Shown: positions 44,074-57,058 of the stretch, in pieces | How the letters are laid out: each line of letters starts with the position of its first letter | Position numbering within the stretch: position 1 is the first letter of the stretch | Assembly (NCBI RefSeq): GCF_009914755.1 | Contig: NC_060932.1 | DNA length: 64,000 bases | Strand: one strand, 5' to 3' | DNA from: the human T2T-CHM13v2.0 reference genome, Homo sapiens | The notes under the pieces: generated by a model | What the model saw: only the letters and a program-made list of their open reading frames with translations | Database searches by the model: none | What the model was told of the DNA's origin: nothing | Position numbers and translations under genes: made by a program

Positions 44074-44159
44074 TTTCCTTCTTGAATGGATTATTAGGGA
44101 TATTTCCTTCTTGAATGGATTATTAGGGATATTTCCTTCTTGAATGGATTATTAGGGAT
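44074..44159. repeat. Perfect 29-bp minisatellite, 3 copies
   Basis: tttccttcttgaatggattattagggat(a) at 44074, 44103 and 44132. Confidence 0.96.
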
Positions 44160-45279
44160 TGACCCTCCAAGTGCCCTGAGATAAATCTATGACCACTTCC
44201 TGTTTCAAGCAATATTTTATGGTGGAATGAGGGTTGCATGGGAATTTAATTTTTTTTTTGTAAATGTATGCCTATGAAGAAATAATATGGAAATGTGGAT
44301 TTTTAAAGGCACGTAAATTGCTAAATATTTTATCCATATAGGCATCACTAAAGTCAAATAACAATGAAGGATCGGAGTGAGGAGAATTGTGGACTAATCC
44401 GTACATTGCATTGGAAAGAAGTGTCTTCCAAAGCGATATTAATAGAATATTGTAAACTCATTTTAGTACCAAAATTTAAATAAAAAACGAAGGAGGGGGC
44501 CGTGGAATGGAGGCTGTTGAAAATCTCATTTTCAGCAAGTTTAAAAAAAAAAAAAGTCACAAAGGCAATTTAGTTTATTTTTTAAACATTCCCTGTAGTG
44601 TTGCGAAGCCCAAACCACAGCTCTGAGCTAGTTCATAACAACCAGAATGCAAAGGGGAGGAGGATAAACTGGATAGAAACAAATAGAAAACCATCCAATT
44701 TAATTGACCAGGCTGATTAAGATGAGAAACGTAAACACCCTCCCCAAATGAGAAAATGTTAGATGTGCAAAGTTACTTGTTTTTAGATTCCTCTTGGAAT
44801 GTTTGTAACTCATGAAACTACCTGTGTTATTTAAGAAATAAACTGAAATGAAAACTCAATTTGGTTAGTGAAATTGCATGGTCAACTGAAGTACCTATGA
44901 CATGTAAAGGCAATGTAATTTCATTTAAATTTCCCTCTGTGGATTTAGAGCCTAGAGTTTTGACACAGTGGTTCATTATCCATGATCCACACTGTGTAAG
45001 ATTATGCAAAAATAAAATAGTTGTCTAACATAACTAGGGGAAGATAGCTGGGAAGGTAAAATGTGGTATGAGACTTAGCCTGCTAGCCATCTAGGAATAG
45101 ATTGGTTTCTAGTTAATACATTAGTTTACGGAACTAAAAAACAAAAACAATATAGGAGAGTTTGTTTACTTCTTAGAGATCCAGAGCTTTAGACTTTTTT
45201 TTTCAAACTTGGAACATGTATTTGTTTAATGAAAATAGCTTTTTTCCCCTGCTTATAAACATAATATAGATTGCAGAAA

Positions 45280-45670
45280 ATAGGACAGTCTAAATTATGA
45301 TAAAGTAGCAAACAACTTAGAAATCTCAGCTGCTTAACACAGGAAAGATTTATTTTTCTCTCATGCTATAGGGCCATCACAGTCAGCTGGGTGCTGTGTG
45401 TTAGATTAAACTCTTACTATAGTTTCAAGGCTGATGGCGTGGCCATCTTCCAAAACACTGTTAGCTAGCTGTTGTGGCAGAGGGAGAAAAAGAAAAGTCT
45501 GGAGGATCTCAATACAGGAAACTGACTTCTTTGTCCTGGAACTAAAAAGTTTCTTCTACTGACAACTAACTGGCCAGAACTAGACAGGTAATCCTGCCAA
45601 ACTACAAAGGGGCCAGGAAATGGATTCTACCTGTAAAACAGAGAGCCAGAAATATTTGATGAATAGCTCA
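45280..45670. mobile_element. MLT1K-like MaLR solo LTR
   Basis: caaacaac...aaatctcag.tgcttaacac...gtggcagaggga...tggccagaactag...aaggggccaggaaatg...ccagaaatatttg. Confidence 0.7.
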
Positions 45671-45719
45671 TACAGAAAATTATAGCAATCTAGGAATCTA
45701 TAAGAAGAACATGCCAATC

Positions 45720-46745
45720 ACCAAAAATTTTAAATAACATTTGTTGACCTACCTTCCAGGTATTAATCTGTGTCTTTGAATGTAGACATAATAACAGAAC
45801 AGTTTGTTGATCTGCTTTTTATGCTCAAGAATGTCCCGTGGAGATATTTCCAATTCTATTACGATAGAAAGGCATATTTTTTGATGGTTGCATAGTATTT
45901 CATTGAGTAAATGTGCCATAATTGATTTAATCGATTGAAGAACATTTGGTTTGTTTCTAATTTCTTCACTACTATAAACAAAGTTGTGATTAAAGTTATT
46001 CTTAGCACATATCTCTGGATCTTTTACTCATGATTATTCTACTGGAGTCAGTGGAATTTTACATTAAATGATAGAAACATTTTCAGTTTTGATAAAAGTT
46101 GTTAAGATTGTTCTACACAAGGAATGTACCAATTTCGATTCATCAAAAGTGAATAGAAACTTCTGTTTCTATACTTCGGCAAACCTTAGATTCAATATTT
46201 GCCATGGCAACAAGTAATATCTCATTTTCATATTCATTATTGGTAAGGATGAATGACTTTTCATAGGTAAGTTCTTCATTTGTATTTTTCCTCCTTTATA
46301 TGATCTATTCAAGTACTTAGATCATCTTTCTGTTGGAATTTTATTTCCTATTGATTTTTGGGTGCTTTTTATATATTACAGACCAGGCAGTACATACTGG
46401 TTCAACATACTGACCATTATTGCTCTTATTGAATGCAGAATATATTTAATATCATCCTTTATGTTGGTATAACGACACTTTGTCATGCTGCAAACATTTT
46501 TTAAACTTTTTTTCCATATTTACCATTTTTGCTATATAGAACTTTTAATAGTCAGTCTTTATGGCTTCTCGTTTTCATACCATGCAGTAAATCCTTCCTC
46601 ATCCTAATATTATAAGAATATTTACCCATGCTTTCTTATGGTACTTTTGTGGTTGCACTTATTATATTTTAATATTTTATGTGTCTGGGGTTTGTTTTGC
46701 AGTTGTGAGTGAGTTAGAGATGCCACTTTATTTTTCAAGAGGACA
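45720..46745 (-). mobile_element. Old L1ME-type fragment
   Basis: gcatagtatttcattg...catttggtttgtttc...tgtaccaattt antisense L1 motifs. Confidence 0.65.
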
Positions 46746-47914
46746 GTTGACTCTGGAGAAGTTTTAGTGAATATTGAGAAAAGTTAACAGAGTAGGAAAG
46801 TATAGTTTATTGTTATAATTATTTGCATTAAAAATAACAAAGACGAGTGGAATCCTTTAAACTGATTTTAATTAACACACTGTGGAAGGAGCTTCTTGTT
46901 GAAATGGAGCCTGGCACCTTACCCAGACTCACTTTTTACTACAGTGATAATTTTCAGTACTTAAAATGGTTTTTTTTCTTGGTTTTCATGATTCATGAAT
47001 TTCTGATTTGTCTGTTACCTTATGATCAGCATACTTCTGCATCTTCCTCTTCCCTTTCTTGATCTTGAAGTGCTTCTTTTCTTCAGTGGTGTGTCCTAAC
47101 CCACACCCCCTCCACTCCCACTTCTTTCCATTTTACACTTTTTGCATGATTTCAATCTGTCTATAGTTTCTGATAGAATGTATGCTGAAGGCTTGAATAA
47201 ATATGTTCAAAAAGTAGTTGAGTAAGTCTGGAGCTCATGACTTATCTGTGTTGAAGATATTTATTTCAATGCCTTATGTGCATTTCAAACTTAACTATAT
47301 GCATCACTGAATTAATTATTCACATCCTTAGCTTATTTTTCTATGGCCATGTTTAGTTTGATCTTTCTTGTTCTCTCTTTTTCTCTTTCTTCATTTCAAT
47401 CTATTGATTTTCAGGGTGCTCTTTGTGTATTAGGGACCAAGCCAATAGTCAGTACCTAACAGTGCAGCATGCAATAATGACCTTTTTACCTGGTATTCCT
47501 ATATCACTTGTCTAAGTCAGAAATATGGGTGCCAAATTTTGATGCCCGTCTCCTTAAATCTAATAGCAAGTCGGTTGCAAATTTCTATCCATCCTATTTT
47601 ACCCCCTAATTCCTTTACAAGATTCTTTACTGTATACACATTATAAACCTTCCCTTCAAGCCACTGTAATTTCTCCCTGCCATTGTTACAGTGTCCCAAT
47701 GACCTCTCTGTTGCCAGCTGTGCCTGCCCCTCCCCATCCCACGTGTTCTATACATTATATCAAAAGTGATCTTTTAAATGTAATATTATTATCACCAGCT
47801 CTTTAAATGTTTTCAGTGAATCTCTATTTCTCAGATGATAAGTTTCAAATATTTTAATGTCAAACAGGTAAGGAAATCATCCGTCCCTTATTTATGCAGA
47901 AAAAAAAATCCAAG

Positions 47915-48430
47915 TCCAGTTTGACATGTTGAGCTGAAAGTACCTTTGAGGTACACAAAAGTAGACACTGAGTAGTAAGTCTCTGAGTACCAGAGTCTGT
48001 AGCACAAGAGGGTAAATGAACTGAAGATGTCAATCTGGGAATGTTCAGTGTATGACCATGAATGACATGAGTCTGGATATGATCATGTGGGGAGGTGTTT
48101 TGCAGTAAGACGTGGAACAGGGCCTAAACCTGAGACTTGAAGAAATACAACACTGAATGTTTCAATAGAGAAGGAGTGGCCAGAGTGGGAGGAGGAAAGA
48201 ATATATGGTATTATAAAAACAGGTGAAAGAACAAATTCAAGAACAGCCATCATTACCCTTAACAGTCAAATAAGAATACAGATCAATGTGCACTGGATGT
48301 AATAGCTTGAAAATCCTTAATGACCTTAGCAAGAGCCACTTCGGTGATTTGATAGAATGGATATGATGATAAGGGGTAAATATTTGGTAAATAATTCAAC
48401 ATACATTGGCCATGAAGGGAAAAGAGGGAT
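47915..48430 (-). mobile_element. L2 LINE fragment
   Basis: cagtttgacatgttgag...gagaaggagtggccagag...atgaccttagcaagagc antisense L2 motifs. Confidence 0.7.
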
Positions 48431-48467
48431 TTTGTTTACCTATTTTTTAAAGATGGCATAATTTTGA

Positions 48468-48957
48468 TTCTACTTTGAAGACACATGTACATGTATGTTT
48501 ATTGCAGCACTATTGACAATAGCGAAGACATGGAACCAACCCAAATGCCCATCAGTGATAGACTGCATAAAGAAAATGTGGTGCATATATACCATGCAAT
48601 GCCATGCAGCCATAAAAAGAAATGAGATCATGTCCTTTGCAGGGACATGGATGGAGCTGGAAGACATTATCCTCAGCAAACTAACACAGGAACAGAAAAC
48701 CAAACACTGCATGTTCTCACTTATAAGTGGGAGTTGAACAATGAGAACACATGGACACAGGGAGGGGATCAACACATACTGGGGCTTGTTGGGGGATGTG
48801 AGGGCAAGGGGAGGGAGAGCATTAGGACAAATACCTAATGCATGCGGGCCATAAAACCTTGATGACAGGTTGATAGGTGTAGGAAATCACCATGGCACAT
48901 GTATACCTATGTGACAAAGCTGCACATTCTGCACATGTATCCTGGAACTTAAAATAA
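48468..48957 (+). mobile_element. 5'-truncated L1PA (approx. PA8-PA10) 3' end
   Basis: ORF2 end MFIAALLTIAKTWNQPKCPS...HCMFSLISGS plus 3' UTR; 19-bp TSD aaagatggca(t/g)aattttga (48449-48467 / 48958-48976) at a TT/AAAG endonuclease site. Confidence 0.93.
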
Positions 48958-51559
48958 AAAGATGGCAGAATTTTGAATATGTTGGCATATTTAAGTTCTT
49001 TGATGTTCAGTTATTTTTAGATGATAAAAACATAGTTAACGATGTCTAACTCACCAAGTGGTTCAAGATGAGAAATAAATAACCTAGAATATTATCTGAC
49101 ACATCTAATACATATTGGACCATCAATATGTATAAAATGTGAGTCTCCCTTCTGTCCCTTTTCTTCTCCTCCCCTTTTCCTTGCCCCACCTCCACTAAGT
49201 CGGCCATCCTTCATAATAGTAAAACCATTGTGCTTAGTTACAATGGAAATGCGTTTTTGTCTGTCTTATTAATCCGTGATCTCTTGAGTGTCTCTCTTAT
49301 ATTTGTTTCCTTAATTGCTAGGCATATTCTAATATAAATGTATAATCTCAGCTCATTAAATGGAATTGCATTTTCAGCTCTACAATTTGGATACCAAATC
49401 TGTTGACTCCTTTTCAAAATATGTTGACTTGACTTTGTTCTTTCCAGGTTGGCAATGGTTAACAAAGCAACAGGTTACATTTATAATGGGAAGCCAAATG
49501 AAAACAAATAATATGAACAGCAACATGTCTACCTTTGTATTGTAATAAAATAGCAGTTGATTTCTGCATAAAGAACTTTTGTTTGGAGCAGGTAATGACA
49601 AGTTTAGTCAGAGCTTTATTCCTAATTAGTATTTTGGAGAGAGCACAAGAGGCGATGTGAATTCCTGTCTAAAATTTAAAAGCACTATCTGAACCACTGA
49701 TCTAGAAAATAATCCATACAAGACTTTAGAGTTTGAATTTGGTTGTTTTGCAGTTGTTTTATTATATTAAGCATGATTTTCAAAATGTTTTTCTTCCTTC
49801 ATGGTGACTTTGTGTCTGTCAGCTGAGGGGAAACTTGGATAGAGTGTCTAGTAATCAAAGGAATAGAAGATGAATAAGTGTAGAGTCTTTTTGGTTTTTT
49901 TTTCAGGACGATTAACTCAATGGCATCTACTTGGAATACAGATGCACTTTGCTGTTTTAATTTTGATAATGCTGTAAGCTGGTCTCCGATAATTACCTTC
50001 TATAATTGGAACAAATTTATAATTTATGCTAATTCATTCTTAGTCACCCAATATGTGGAATCCGAGCTCATCCATATGTGTCCCTGCATTTCCTTTGGAT
50101 ATCATTACATTATTAGCCTTTTACTCACTGACAGAAATATTTTTATTCTTTGTAGACTTGATTTTTCCAGTGGTACATGTCCATGTATGTATGATACGTG
50201 TCTGTGTATCATTAATTGTATGTAACTCAGGCATCCGCTTTTAACACCCATTTATGTATGAACATTTGGAATCTTTAATGGTTTTGTAAGATGTTTTCTC
50301 AGCACTTGAAGATATATTACATGGTAACAGGAACAAGAAATGAAAACATAATTAATATTCTCACATCACCACTTTAAAACATTATTTACATACCTCAGAT
50401 AATGGAGGGAGGGGGTAAATGTGAATACAGAAGCAGTTTTCATTGCCTTTAAAAGCCAGCTCCTTATAATCTATCTTAGAGAGGTCTGCCCAGCCAAAAA
50501 TAATCCTTTAAGATGAAAGGGCACATCACACTATGTTTTAGAGCACTCTGGATATCAAGCTTTGGCAGCAGCTTCTAGGTGATGCTTCACCAGAGATTCA
50601 AAAGCAGATTGTTTCCCTCTTTGCAGATGGGAAAAAGCAAAAGTAGAAGTAACAAAGAGCAAGATCTGTCCCACTATGGAAAACACAGCTGAAAAGCAAA
50701 TGGCAGCATGTAACCTCCCTTACAAGCTGTCTTTTGATTACATCTCTCTCCCCATTCTTATATTTATGTTTCTTCTGTTTAATGTTCTTTTCCTCTGATC
50801 ATCATTCTGCAAACTCTTTACATTAAACATGTTTCATTCTTCACTCATGACAGTGTTACAGTTTCAGTAAACAGTGGATGAGGATGTTCGCTTTCCCAGA
50901 GACCATTTACTTGTCATAATGAATTTTAAAAAAAAATAGTATGAGACTGCACCTGACTTTCACAACTGAAGCGGGGAAAGTAAAGGACAACACTATCTGA
51001 CAAGAGACACACAATGTCAGAACGTAAAATTCTGTGATCAGTATTCAGGCTTCTGCAGAGGGACGGATGTCTGTCATTTCATTCAGCATCAGTGAGTGTG
51101 ATTCTGTCTGTGATCATGAGGTTTTCTATCATTTGCTTGGTTCTGCTGCAATGGCTTCACAATTAAGCTGAATTTCTGCTTCCTTTTGTGATGCATAATC
51201 AGATAAGTAGAGCTAAATTGAAGAAACTGCAGTGTAGGTGGCTTTAAAATCAATCTGTAGAGCCTGGAAAGAAAAGCAAGACAAAAGGGGAAACATGATA
51301 GTACTGTTATAAATAACTTGAAAGAAATATTATCAAGGAGAGAGGAGAGGACAGGTGACATCTAATCTGAAAGTGGTGAAGCAAGTAATGGCCTGAACTA
51401 ACATTAGGCAAGAATATGCCCCATTGTGAGCAGAGAAGCATCACTGTGCAATGGTTCAGTCCCTTTGGAGACTTATTAGACAATGCCAAGTCAAATTAGG
51501 CAAATATTAAAGAGTAGCCTTTCACATAGTCACTAAGACGCCTAAGAAAATGGCTAATG

Positions 51560-51740
51560 CCTTGTGGTAGAAAAAATATATATTTGAGGGCTACTAATTC
51601 TAGTTCTACCATTTCCCAAGCATATAGCCTTAGGCAAATCATATAATCGGTAAAATGGGAAGAATAAGATTTTCTTTGCCTATCTTGGGGTTGCCGTGGG
51701 GATCAAATAAGATAGTGTATTGAATGACAATATGTTCACT
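51560..51740 (+). mobile_element. MIR SINE
   Basis: ccttaggcaaatca...gtaaaatggga...ggttgccgtggggatcaaataagata. Confidence 0.7.
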
Positions 51741-52169
51741 TGTGAGTGTAAAGACAATGGCCGACAGCACTGTGGTTTTCTTTGCCTTTTCCTCATGATC
51801 ACAAGATGGCTGCCATATTGTTAGAATCACATTGGTGTCCAATACAGTCACAAGAACAGGAATACCAGTCCCTTTTCTCAGAAAAGCAAATGCTTTCCTA
51901 TAAGCTCTCCAGTTGACGTAGATCCAGTCAGTCTTCTTAAACATTTTAGGACATTAGGATATATCGCCACAGCAGGACTTCATGGGTACGTGCTGCACCC
52001 ATTTCTACACAGTGCCAAAAGCAAAATGAGACCCCAGATAATGTTCAGGGGGCTAGCTTGACTTGGCATGACCTATCCGTGGACAGTTACTGAGCTTGAG
52101 TAAGTTTTTGATGTCAAAATAATTCAGGTCACAGTCTGAACATTTGACAGTAATGATATAACTGGAGTG

Positions 52170-52420
52170 TGTGCATTCAACTGAGAGCTGTCCTTTAAAT
52201 CACCCACCTGGGAGACAATACCCTTACTCTAACAATGTTGCCATTCCCAAGAAAATTGTTTGCAATTCTTCCTTAGGAGTGATCATAAAAACCTAAAATA
52301 CATTTTCAAAATTTTCTTTAATGGTGATAAGTTTCTGTATTTCAATGTAATTTTGCAAAGAGCCAACAGTCGTTCCAACCAAATCTAGCAAATGATAGGA
52401 TAACTGAGTTTAGTGGATAA
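52170..52420. mobile_element. MARNA mariner-derived element
   Basis: cacctgggagacaatacccttactctaacaatgttgccatt...aatggtgataa...agccaacagtcgtt matches my recollection of the MARNA consensus. Confidence 0.6.
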
Positions 52421-52514
52421 AAGCAAGACTTAAATTTGGAATCAAATTATGTCTATATATGTTTATGTGTATATATGTGTGTGAGTGTGTTTGTGTATGT
52501 GTGTGTGTATATAT

Positions 52515-52690
52515 GGTTTAGGCAAGGTACTTAACATCTGTGTTTCTTTGTCTATAAAATGGGGGTGATAAAAATGGTATTTACCTCCTAGAGATGCTTT
52601 AAGGATTAAATTAACTAACACATGTATAGTGCCTAAAAGAGTATTTGGCACATGGTAAGTGTTCATGAAATGCTAGATATCATTATTAGG
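52515..52690 (+). mobile_element. MIR SINE 3' part, preceded by a (TG/TA) run
   Basis: ggcaaggtacttaac...tataaaatggggg...aggattaaat...tggcacatggtaagtgttca. Confidence 0.85.
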
Positions 52691-54918
52691 CTGGGAAATA
52701 ATCCATTTGATCAAAACTCACACTATAACCTAAAGCGAATGAGAAATGTATTGGTTAGACCAGAGTCCTGGCATGTGCGAGTCTAAAGGCTTCCTCGTGC
52801 TTCCGGGAATCCCATCTTCACCTCTGCCTGGTGCAGGCTGTCCCTGCCTCATGTCCTTGGGTGCTGTCTCAGTTCAGCTGCTCAGCAGCTGGAATGCAGA
52901 CCTCATCCTTCTCCCCGTTTTCTCACAAAAGCACAATCAATCAATCAGTCTTGCTTTTTGTAAGATGCTAACTTCAAAAAGCTTTCAGTTTATGCAGGGA
53001 GTGATCATGTTGTGAACTTCCGTAGCCTTCCAGCTTTTCCCTGGCTCTACCACTTATACATCTCTAATAGACCTGTCTCTCTACCCTGTCCCACTAGATA
53101 TGGTTGTCTTCCCAAGACGTTTTTTACTATAGTGTGAAAAAAATATTTATTACTCTAATATAATTCACAAATCTTAAGTGAATATGTGAAATTCAGTATG
53201 AAAAATGTGTAGCCATTATGAAATATTAGTGGCTCCCAGAATATATTGAAGAACAGCTCTCTCAGCAGTCTTACTCTTCTAGGTCATTTCTATGCTCAGC
53301 TCTGGGAACTAAAGCAAAGAATAATGGACCCCTCCCTTACCTCTATCCGTAAAATACAGTTTGAAATGTTCTCATATGTGTGCATGTATGTATATTGCAC
53401 CAACCTCTAAATCTGCATGGACAGCAATTTGGGCTAGCACATTTATTCAGCAGGTGCCATTGAACATCCTTAGATGGGAGATACTTGAGATATTGTTCAT
53501 GTTCTTAAGAAGCTTGCCGACAAGTAGAGCAGAAAGAAAATGATCACAGGCAATGAGATGAATTGAGACACTTTAGAAATCATAAAGCTGAGGTTGCATC
53601 TATAATATATATGAACAACTCCATTTGATACTGAGTCTACCAAATCCCAAGAGAGAGGGCTGGAAATGAAGTGTAGGAGCACATGGTCGATGATATCAAT
53701 TAATGGGCCTGATTTGCATTTTCCGTGGGATATGAGGGTAGATTTTTGGGTTGGTCCAGTCTAGAATTCAAAGGTCAAGGGGCCTGGGGTCCTGCATATG
53801 AGGAAAGCTGGATTTTAAAGCAGCTTTCTCCTCTTTCTAGACTAGTCTTTGGGTTTTGTTTTTTCCATTTCTAAAGGATTAATAACATCACTCTCCTTTT
53901 CATTCTTTTATAGAACATTAAGAACAAGAACAGAAGCATGAAAATTCTCACATATTGTCTGGTGGAAATAAACATTTAGGTGTAAGGTTTATGTATATAC
54001 ATACTAGATGTCTTTAATAAAAGATCAGAGTAAGTGACATATTATGACACATGCAGACATATTCATATGTTAAGCCAGGTCTCAGGTAAGATAATCTCCC
54101 ACAATGCATCATTCTATTCCCCTTCCAGTGGAGGCTCCCTCTCCAATCTGTTTACATCATGCTGCCTATTGGTGAGAAAACTAGAAGCTCATCAGTTGCA
54201 TACCTTCTGTCCCCAGCTAACCAGAATGACTGATCAGGAACCTGCTGTCTGGCATGAAATCTAATTGTCTTTGATGTTCTGCTTTTCCAGATTTGTTTAT
54301 AAACTGGAAAAAAAATCTACAAATTGCAGACCATCTGTACATAACACTATGCTAATGAATGCTGGCGTTCTGAAAATCCATAAGCTCATTACCTCTAAGT
54401 AACTAGTTTCTTTGCATGTTCTGAACTGGGATTATCTATGTGAACCAAATAAGTAGAAACCAGATAAAGAATTGTTCATCCGAGGGGTGAATGCCTCCAA
54501 CAACCTTCAGGAATGTTAGGCCTCTCTGTCAGAAAGATGACCTGTTAGCAGGAGGTCATGTGCATAAGTGATACAAATGTCTGTTAGCCACAAGGTGGTC
54601 AATTTATTGATCCCATAATGCTAATTTGAAAATCTGTATTGCTTTTGTTAAGAGCTTAATTAGGGATTTACAGTGTAGGCAATTTATTGTTAAATAATTT
54701 CTGAACTCAGCATACATGCAAACCCTTATCATACCTGCAGAATATTGGATATAGGTTCAAAAGTTATGTGCTTGCCAGTCATTTCCACGAGAAAGCCATG
54801 AGAGTGGGCAGTAGCACATATGCACCATAACATTCATGGATGGTTGAGGAAAATGATTTAGTGAAAGGAAATTAAATCCAGTGTAGGGCATTGAGCTCCT
54901 CTTTGTGATAACATTCAC

Positions 54919-55546
54919 CAGGGGTCGGAAGTCTGGTGTATTGTGGTTTTTGTGGACGAGGGGGGCAAATCTACATCTCACTCATGAATATGTTTTTTTT
55001 TTGGTCCTCATAATAAATTTTGTAATATACGGGCCATCATATAAGAATCAAAAAATATTACATTGAAATAAACATCTCTGGCTTTTCATGAAAAATATAA
55101 GATCTGACCACACTGTGCCTGTGTTCTCTCATGGTAATGATAGTCTGACCCTAACTAGTGGCTACACATTTACACAGGTCTTGCGGTCTACGTTTTGCCA
55201 CGGTCATCACATTCCTATAATTTCTGATGCTAAAGCTAAATACTCTGTAAATTAAAGACCACCATGACACATGAAAAGCAAAAGAGATTATTAAGCAAAA
55301 ATGAGTTCATTGTCACTTTTCATTGCACTATCATTTTTTAAAAATACCCATGCCTCTGTCTAAAAAGACAGAAAATGCCACATTTTTTAAGAAAAATGAG
55401 TGTGAGCTCATTCCTCTGTGGAAACGCAGAACAGTCCCTTGTCTTTAACATGCAAGCAGTGCTCGTGGGGGTCTCGTACCCAGCACCACTTCACTGATTT
55501 ATGTTACCTCCCTGGCCCCCAGGAACATTGGAGTTTGCAACTGCTG
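54919..55546 (-). mobile_element. Charlie4-type (MER80) hAT element
   Basis: Reverse complement of the right end, cagcagttgcaaactcc...ggggccagggaggtaacataaat.agtgaag, resembles the Charlie4 terminus; left end caggggtcgg. Confidence 0.65.
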
Positions 55547-55967
55547 GTGTAGAGAATTTTTTTTTCCTATTTTATTTATTAAACTGTTCTACATTAGGGG
55601 CACTTAGCTCATCAAAAATGTTTTAAAGTTTCTCTAAGTGACAAAAGCATAAATCCAAGCACAATTTGTCACTTTTATAAGCCCAGAAAATACCAAACTG
55701 ATTTCCTCATAAAGATCCTGCCATCAGTTAAATGGATAAACTATTAGGTTATGAATAAAAAAACAGTTCCACAGTTAAGTGTCTACTACTATGTTGATTG
55801 TTTATAGACATAATTGGATTGAAGGACCCCAGTCATAACACCATAAACATCAAGTATACCAGCATATATATATATATATGCTGATATGCTGGGGTCTGTA
55901 TATATGTAAAAAGTTATTTGATGCTTGTCATTTCCATGAGAAAGCCATGAGAGTAGGTTTTTATAGG

Positions 55968-56096
55968 GTGTGTGAGTGTCTGTGTGTGTGTGTGTATGTG
56001 TGTGTGTATGTATATGTGTGTATATATGTGTGTATGTGTATATATATATACGTGTGTGTATGTGTCTGTGTGTGTGTGTATAGATAGATACACACA
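55968..56096. repeat. Complex (TG)/(TA) microsatellite
   Basis: About 130 nt of nearly uninterrupted purine-pyrimidine alternation. Confidence 0.93.
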
Positions 56097-56213
56097 CCTA
56101 GGACACCTTATTTACCTTATCAATAGTTTTCAAACTATAATTTTGGAAGTCCTAGAAGCAGACCATAGTATATGTCTATAGTGCCTATGAGTGATTGGGG
56201 GTAGACCGTACAG

Positions 56214-56360
56214 CAGGGCCAGCTCATATGATAGCACAAGTTGTGCACCAAGCATCTTGAGCATACATCATTTACATTGACAAGGGAGGATGTGAATCAT
56301 CTCTTCTGGAGTTGTGCAGTGGACCTGGCATGACCAAGTTTATGCATCTTAGGGTCCCTC
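56214..56360. mobile_element. MER91-like hAT MITE
   Basis: cagggcc...gttgtgcac...atgtgaat...ctggagttgtgcagtg quasi-palindromic pattern. Confidence 0.55.
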
Positions 56361-56854
56361 ACATCTGCAGTTGAGATACCTCACTTCTGCATCAGTCATA
56401 ATACCTTCCCTTTTTTAATCCTCTTTCATTTTGGGTTTCAGATAAGCTTTGAATTGAAGAAACACTCTGCAGCTAAATATAAATTTGAAAATCACTGTGC
56501 TACATGATAAATAAAAGAGATTTTTTTTAAGCTAAAGTAATTTGTTTTTAGATTATGAAAGATTTTACCTTGAATTTGCCATAATTAACTATCAGAAAAA
56601 AAGAATAATTACCCCAGTTAAGACTTCTATAAACACTGCATTCTCTTCCAATGTTTACGTTAAGCATACATATGTTTATTATTGTTTTTGTTTCATAAAT
56701 TTATGATAACACTAACCATAATTTTATATATTTACTCTTTCATGTATTATGACCACTTTTTTATGTTTTTACTAGTTGAAACCAGAACATTTAATGTCTA
56801 CACAATACTAAATCAATTGCTGAGTCCCATTATTTGTCATGTAGCTTTGGCATG

Positions 56855-56943
56855 CTTTTTCTCTTTCCTCCTTGCATCCTTTCTTTTTTCCTCTTTTTTG
56901 TTCTTTTCTCTCTCTTTTTTCTCTTTCTTTCTCTCTTTCTTCT
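56855..56943. repeat. CT-rich polypyrimidine low-complexity tract
   Basis: ttttctctttcctcc...ctctctttcttct. Confidence 0.85.
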
Positions 56944-57058
56944 ATCAAAAATAGTTTATTGTTGTTAAACTCTCACCCTTAATATTTTCTTTTGGTAAAT
57001 TCATAAGCCCATAATGACGAGTACAAATGATATAATTATCTTTAAGACTATCAAATAG

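Noticed and set aside
44074-44159. CRISPR-like array (29-bp repeats)
   Set aside because: Units are contiguous without spacers, in eukaryotic DNA; it is a minisatellite.
48495-48737. L1 ORF2-like peptide as a functional gene
   Set aside because: 5'-truncated L1 remnant covering only the C-terminus.
55789-56181. HT/CV-repeat ORFs
   Set aside because: Translations of the (TG/TA) microsatellite.
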